Shown here: piece by piece, positions 59,853 to 64,000 of the stretch
Layout of the letters: each line of letters starts with the position of its first letter
How positions within the stretch are numbered: position 1 is the first letter of the stretch
Source of the DNA: an uncultured Gemmatimonadales bacterium
GTDB taxonomy: Bacteria; Gemmatimonadota; Gemmatimonadetes; Longimicrobiales; RSA9
Direction: 5' to 3'
Length of the DNA stretch: 64,000 bases
Assembly (NCBI GenBank): GCA_963741945.1
Contig: CAVUKA010000005.1
Location: forward strand, 544,001-608,000
The notes under the pieces: generated by a model
Databases searched by the model: none
Told to the model about the DNA's origin: nothing
The model's input: only the letters and a program-made list of their open reading frames with translations
Made by a program: the position numbers and the translations under genes

Positions 59853-61919
59853 GCCGGAACACCGCGTGGATCGCCGCTGCGCTCGCTCCGCTGCCGCGGC
59901 GATCCTCTACGGTATCGGCACGCTCCCCCTCCTCCACCCTGAGACTCCCGTCCTCGGCGACCTCGGCGGGCACATGGCCCCGATCCGGGAGTCCATCGAG
60001 TCGCTGCGCCGCGGCGGGCTGCGGGGCTGGTCCTACTCCTGGTTCGGTGGATACCCGCGATTCTACTTCTATTTCCCGCTTCCCACCCTTGCCATCGCCG
60101 GGCTGGCCAGCGTCCTGCCACTCGCCGTAGCGGTGATGCTGGTGGTGCTGGCCGGGCCGTTCCTCACGCCCCTGGCCGCGGGGGCGCTGGTCGTGGCCAC
60201 GGGGGGCACGAGCACCGGCGCGGTGGTCGTGGCCACGGGATCGGCGTTCTTCCTCCTGTCGCATGCTCTCGGCCTGGCGGGCGGAACGCTGGAGGCGGCG
60301 GTCGTGGGCGAATTCTCCTACGGGCTCGCTTTCCCGCTCGGGCTTCTGTACCTCGCCTCGCTGCCGCCACTGTTCCGGCGCCGGACCGCGTCGGCGTTCG
60401 CGCTTTCGTCTCTCCTCCTGGCCGGGACGGCGCTGTCCCATGTCCTCGTTACGGGCGTCGTCGTCCTGGCCTCGACGGTGCTTGCCCGGAAGCGCGACGG
60501 GTGGTGGCTGATCGGGAGCTGGGTCGCTGCGTTCTGCGTTTCCGCGTGGTGGACGCTCCCGTTCCTCTGGTATCGCGGCGAGATGAGCTCGCTCCACTGG
60601 GGTCCGCTACCCGCACCACAGGTCGATGCGCTTCTGTACGAGGGAGTGCCGGCGGCGGTGCTGGCGGTATTGGCGTTCGCCTGGCGCGGCCCGCACGTGG
60701 GGCGGGGGTTCTATCGCGTAGCAGGCGTGTTCATCGCGGCTTCGATGATCCCCCTGGTGGTTCCCGATTCCCCGATCTACCGGGCCCGCCTCATGCCCTT
60801 CGCTTTCCTGGCGATCAGCGCGCTGGCCGTACTGGCGGTCTTGCAGTCGGTCGAGGCCATGGCTGCGCGACGGCATCGAGGCCGCGCCGCCGTGGGCGTC
60901 CTCGGGCTGGGCGCCCTTCTGGGCCTGGTTGCCCTGAGAGACACGCCGCGCCGTGCGGCAGAAGTGATATTCGGCGGTACGGCCTCCGCCGCGGACACCA
61001 CATCGTGGCGGGCGCTTCTGGAGGAGCTGGACCGCCTGCCGCCCGGGGCCGTGCTGACGGCGGCGCGTTTCGAGCCGGACGGTGGCGGCGAGCGCACGGC
61101 GCGCCTCCTCGGCGATGGCGGATTCCGGCACCTCGCCGGATGGACGGGTCGGCGTATCATCGGCGGGCTGTGGCAGGAATCCGGCCGCAGCAGCCCGTAC
61201 GTCACCCGTGCGCGCGCCAACCTCGCGGGGGGTGGAACCACGCTGGCTGCCGCCGGCGACGAAGGAGTCCCGGATGCGGCGCTGGGGGTCCGTCAGGCGC
61301 GCCTCCTCGGGGCGCGGTTCATCGTGCTGGCCGGCGACCCGCGATTCCTCGCCCGCGCTATTCTCCCGGGCACACTGGAGTTGGCCCGCGACTCGATCTG
61401 GCGCCTGTACGAGATCCACGATGCGGCCGTCGCGCTCGGTCCGGGCCTCCTGCGACCGGTCCCCAGTGACTCTCTCCCCCTCGCCGCAGCCGCCTGGTTC
61501 CGGTCCGGCGGCCGTGAACCGCTCCCCGTGTCCGCTCCCGGCAGCACGGTGCCGGCGGCCGCGAGCGGAGCTCCCGTCCGGGTTCCGGAATCGGCCGTGC
61601 GCCTCCTGCCGGGAGAGATCAGGGTGACGGGGCGCACCCCGGTGTCCCGATGGTGCTCCGGCTGTCGTACTTCCCGAACTGGCGCCTGGCGTCGCCGGGT
61701 GTCGGCCCGTTCCGGGCCGCGCCAAGCCATATCCTCGTGGTCCCCGCCTCCCGTGAGGTCCGCCTGGTCTGGCGCCCCGGCACGGCCGAGACGATCGGCA
61801 CGCTCACGAGCATGATCGCCGCGGCGCTGCTCCTGGCGGCTCTCTCGATCCAGATGATGCGCCGATCCGGTCCGGACTCCACCCCCTTCCCGATCGTTCC
61901 CAGGCGTGTCGCATCGTGA
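59849..61919 (+). CDS. PTPS-related/YfhO-like GT-C paralog; -1 frameshifts at about 59886 and 61631
   Basis: GTGA-coupled start VSRNTAWIAAAL, core in the next frame (GDLGGH, GEFSY), tail MVLRLSYFPNW in the third frame, all collinear with the paralog. Confidence 0.7.
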
Positions 61920-61944
61920 CGGGCGCGTGTCCCGATGCGCGACA
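61907..61944. promoter_or_regulatory. candidate UAS site(s) upstream of flp
   Basis: TGTCCCGATGCGCGACA (61928-61944) plus a weaker site beginning TGTCGCA 21 bp upstream (61907). Confidence 0.55.
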
Positions 61945-62017
61945 AACCAGCCGTTCCCGCGATCGACCGGACACACGAAAGTCCAGCAATGGCGCGGAAA
62001 ACCTGCGATGGCACGCG

Positions 62018-62033
62018 CGGCACGGCTCCTGTA
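62018..62033 (+). promoter_or_regulatory. possible variant sigma54 promoter of flp
   Basis: CGGCAC-GGCTC-CTGTA: good -24 element, -12 reads GT instead of GC. Confidence 0.35.
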
Positions 62034-62176
62034 ACCAGTACCGTGCGAAGGCGGGTCGAGCGACCTGCCGGAACGGGGAGATTCCCCTATCGGGCGCCGG
62101 TTCGGGCGCCCGCCCCGATCGCCGCCCGACACTCGGGCAGTTACTCACCCGGTCCCGGTAGGGACGAGGAGGAACG

Positions 62177-62368
62177 ATGAAGGACCTGTGGAACAAGTTC
62201 CTGGCGGACGAGTCCGGCCAGGGCCTCGTGGAGTACGTGCTCATCATCGCGCTCGTGGCCATCGGTCTCGTGCTGGTGCTGACCGTCTTCCGCAACGCCA
62301 TCGGCAAGATCTTCGACACGGTCTCCGAGACGCTGAACACCGCGCCGAACAACGCCTACGGCACCTGA
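62177..62368 (+). CDS. flp: Flp family (Tad) pilin
   Basis: GAGGAGG RBS; DESG|QGLVEY cleavage site and Flp motif, hydrophobic helix, 63 aa. Confidence 0.95.
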   Translation: MKDLWNKFLADESGQGLVEYVLIIALVAIGLVLVLTVFRNAIGKIFDTVSETLNTAPNNAYGT

Positions 62369-62396
62369 TCGGCGCTGGCGGCTGGCGCAAACGTGG

Positions 62397-62424
62397 GCGG
62401 GTGGGGCGCTGGTGCCCCACCCGC
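62397..62424 (+). terminator. hairpin after flp (terminator or mRNA-stabilising stem)
   Basis: GCGGGTGGGGC / GCCCCACCCGC 11-bp perfect stem, no U-tract. Confidence 0.5.
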
Positions 62425-62461
62425 ACGCGCGCCGGAGGGAACCCCACGCGAACCGAAGCGA

Positions 62462-62995
62462 ATGTTCTCGACACTCCTAGCGATACCCGTTACTGTTGTC
62501 CTGATGCTCGGCGCCCTCACGGACGTCCGGGCTCGACGGGTGCCCAACGCCCTCGTCCTCGCGGGTCTCCCCCTCGCCCTGCTGGCCAGTGCCGGCGCCG
62601 GTGGGGTGGCGAGCATCCCGGGGGCGCTGCTGGGCGGGGTCATCGCGTTCGCGCTGGGCTTCGCCGCTTTCGGCATCGGCGCCATCGGCGGCGGGGATGC
62701 CAAGTTCCTGGTGGTCGGAGCGCTGGCCGTGGGCTGGAGCGGGCTGGTCCCGTACCTCCTGGCCTTCGGAGCGCTGGGTGGCGTGGTTGCGATTGCGGAG
62801 ATCGTTCGCAGGCGCGCGGGGATCGAGGCCACGGTCATGACGCTCGACCTCGCGAAGCACGCCGCCACGCTGGGCGGCAGCGGTCATCGCGCCCGGCTGG
62901 GCGATGAAGGGCGACTGACGGTTCCGTACGCCGTGGCCGTGGCGGGAGCCGCGGCTCTTACTCTCTTCACCCCCTACGCGCAATGGCTCCATTGA
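62462..62995 (+). CDS. cpaA: A24 prepilin peptidase (CpaA/TadV)
   Basis: TDVRARRVPN, IGGGDAK and VPYAVA motifs. Confidence 0.9.
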   Translation: MFSTLLAIPVTVVLMLGALTDVRARRVPNALVLAGLPLALLASAGAGGVASIPGALLGGVIAFALGFAAFGIGAIGGGDAKFLVVGALAVGWSGLVPYLLAFGALGGVVAIAEIVRRRAGIEATVMTLDLAKHAATLGGSGHRARLGDEGRLTVPYAVAVAGAAALTLFTPYAQWLH

Positions 62996-63462
62996 TCAGG
63001 TCGCTGAAGCGGCGGGCTGCGCCGCAGCTGAAGGGGAGACGTCCCGGTCAGGCGGTGGTGGAGTTCGCGCTGATCGCGCCGATCCTGCTGCTCATCGTCA
63101 TGGGGATGATCGACTTCGCCCGCGCCTGGAGCGCGGCCCACGTCATCGCCGACGCGGCGAGGGAAGGGGCCCGCTGGTCCGCCGTGGCCAACAACTCCAC
63201 GCCGGACTCGGTCCTGCTACACGTGGGCCAGGCGCTTCAGAACGGGCGGCTGGACGCCAGCGGCCTGAGCCTCGGCTGCGGCACGCCGCCGTGCCTGGAC
63301 GTGGACGACAGCGGCGGCGGCGGCGGCGGGGCCACGGGGCAGCCGAGCACGGTGTATCTCGAGTACCCCTACCGGTTCAACCTGGTGGGGCCATTCCTCC
63401 GCTGGACCACGGGCCAGGGCACGATCACGCTGAAGAGCCGCATCGTGATGCGGAACGAATAG
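62983..63462 (+). CDS. tadE: TadE/TadG family pseudopilin
   Basis: GQAVVEFALIAP...AAREGAR motif. Confidence 0.9.
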   Translation: MAPLIRSLKRRAAPQLKGRRPGQAVVEFALIAPILLLIVMGMIDFARAWSAAHVIADAAREGARWSAVANNSTPDSVLLHVGQALQNGRLDASGLSLGCGTPPCLDVDDSGGGGGGATGQPSTVYLEYPYRFNLVGPFLRWTTGQGTITLKSRIVMRNE

Positions 63463-63475
63463 GAGAAGGACCCTC

Positions 63476-64000
63476 ATGAAGCAACGACGCGTCATCGTCA
63501 TCCTCCTGCTCGCGCTGGCTGCGGCCGCGGTGGCCGGGTTCTCGACGCTCCGTTACCTGTCCACCCGCCCCGCCACGTCGGTGGCGGTGCGCCCGGACCG
63601 CACCGCCCAGGTGGTGGTGGCCGCGCGGCCGCTGCCGGTGGGCGCGCTTCTCACACGGGAAGACCTGAACGTGATCGAGTGGCCGGCCAGCACGGTGCCG
63701 GACAACTACGTAGCGGTTCCGGCCGATGCGGTGGGCCGGGGGCTCATGAGCCCCGTCCACATGAACGAGCCGATCCTGGCCAGCGACCTGGCCGAGAAGG
63801 GGAGCGGCGCGGGGCTGCCGATCACGATCCCGGAGGGGAAGCGTGCGCTCAGCATCCGCGTCAACGAAGTGGTTTCGGTGGCCGGGTTCGTGATCCCGTA
63901 CACGCGGGTGGACGTGCTGCTGAGCCTGGATCAGGGCGGGGAGCCGCGCACGCAGATCATCCTCCAGGACATGACCGTCCTCGCCGCCGGGCAGGTGTCC
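63476..64000 (+). CDS. cpaB: Flp pilus assembly protein CpaB/RcpC; 3'-truncated by window
   Basis: Manually translated: VVVAARPLPVG (SAF domain), IPEGKRALSIRVNEVVSVAGFVIPYTRVDVLL. Confidence 0.92.
   Translation, partial: MKQRRVIVILLLALAAAAVAGFSTLRYLSTRPATSVAVRPDRTAQVVVAARPLPVGALLTREDLNVIEWPASTVPDNYVAVPADAVGRGLMSPVHMNEPILASDLAEKGSGAGLPITIPEGKRALSIRVNEVVSVAGFVIPYTRVDVLLSLDQGGEPRTQIILQDMTVLAAGQVS

Noticed and set aside
57672-61919. Pterin biosynthesis enzymes
   Set aside because: The PTPS-related label is a family name; these are multi-TM proteins with no PTPS catalytic domain
62034-62170. c-di-GMP riboswitch in the flp leader
   Set aside because: Hairpins are present but the class I/II consensus features are not recognisable; a Rfam search would settle it

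Overview
High-GC bacterial DNA; the gene repertoire and style suggest Gemmatimonadota, which is an inference. The first 22 kb holds ordinary accessory and housekeeping genes: O-methyltransferase, aminotransferase, DsbA-like, LysM-peptidase, DUF309, MarR, DUF2207/LemA, VPS10/BNR protein, TruD with a Gly-rich repeat insertion, CorA, TspO, M28 peptidase, esterase, ferritin and DUF5916. From 22.4 kb to the end lies a surface-biogenesis island of about 42 kb with five parts: (i) a HEAT-GT2-TPR/beta-barrel-TPR/GH synthase-type exopolysaccharide operon; (ii) a minus-strand lipid-linked glycosylation cassette (mutase-like flavoprotein, GtrA, five GT-C-type proteins, PAP2, methyltransferase, polyprenyl-P GT2); (iii) a KaiC-like ATPase-REC*-GGDEF* protein plus a histidine kinase/NtrC-family pair; (iv) two STT3/AglB-like and two PTPS-related/YfhO-like GT-C proteins with a second GT2; (v) the start of a Tad/Flp pilus locus. 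Candidate sigma54 -24/-12 promoters precede four of these units. Each has a copy of a shared 17-bp quasi-palindrome (TGTYCCR-N3-YGGRACA-like) about 90-125 bp upstream, suggesting one regulon run by the locally encoded NtrC-type activator. Four single-base frameshifts in three otherwise intact genes are probably assembly errors. No rRNA, tRNA, CRISPR array, integrase or transposase was recognised. Family assignments come from motifs read by eye; no database search was run.
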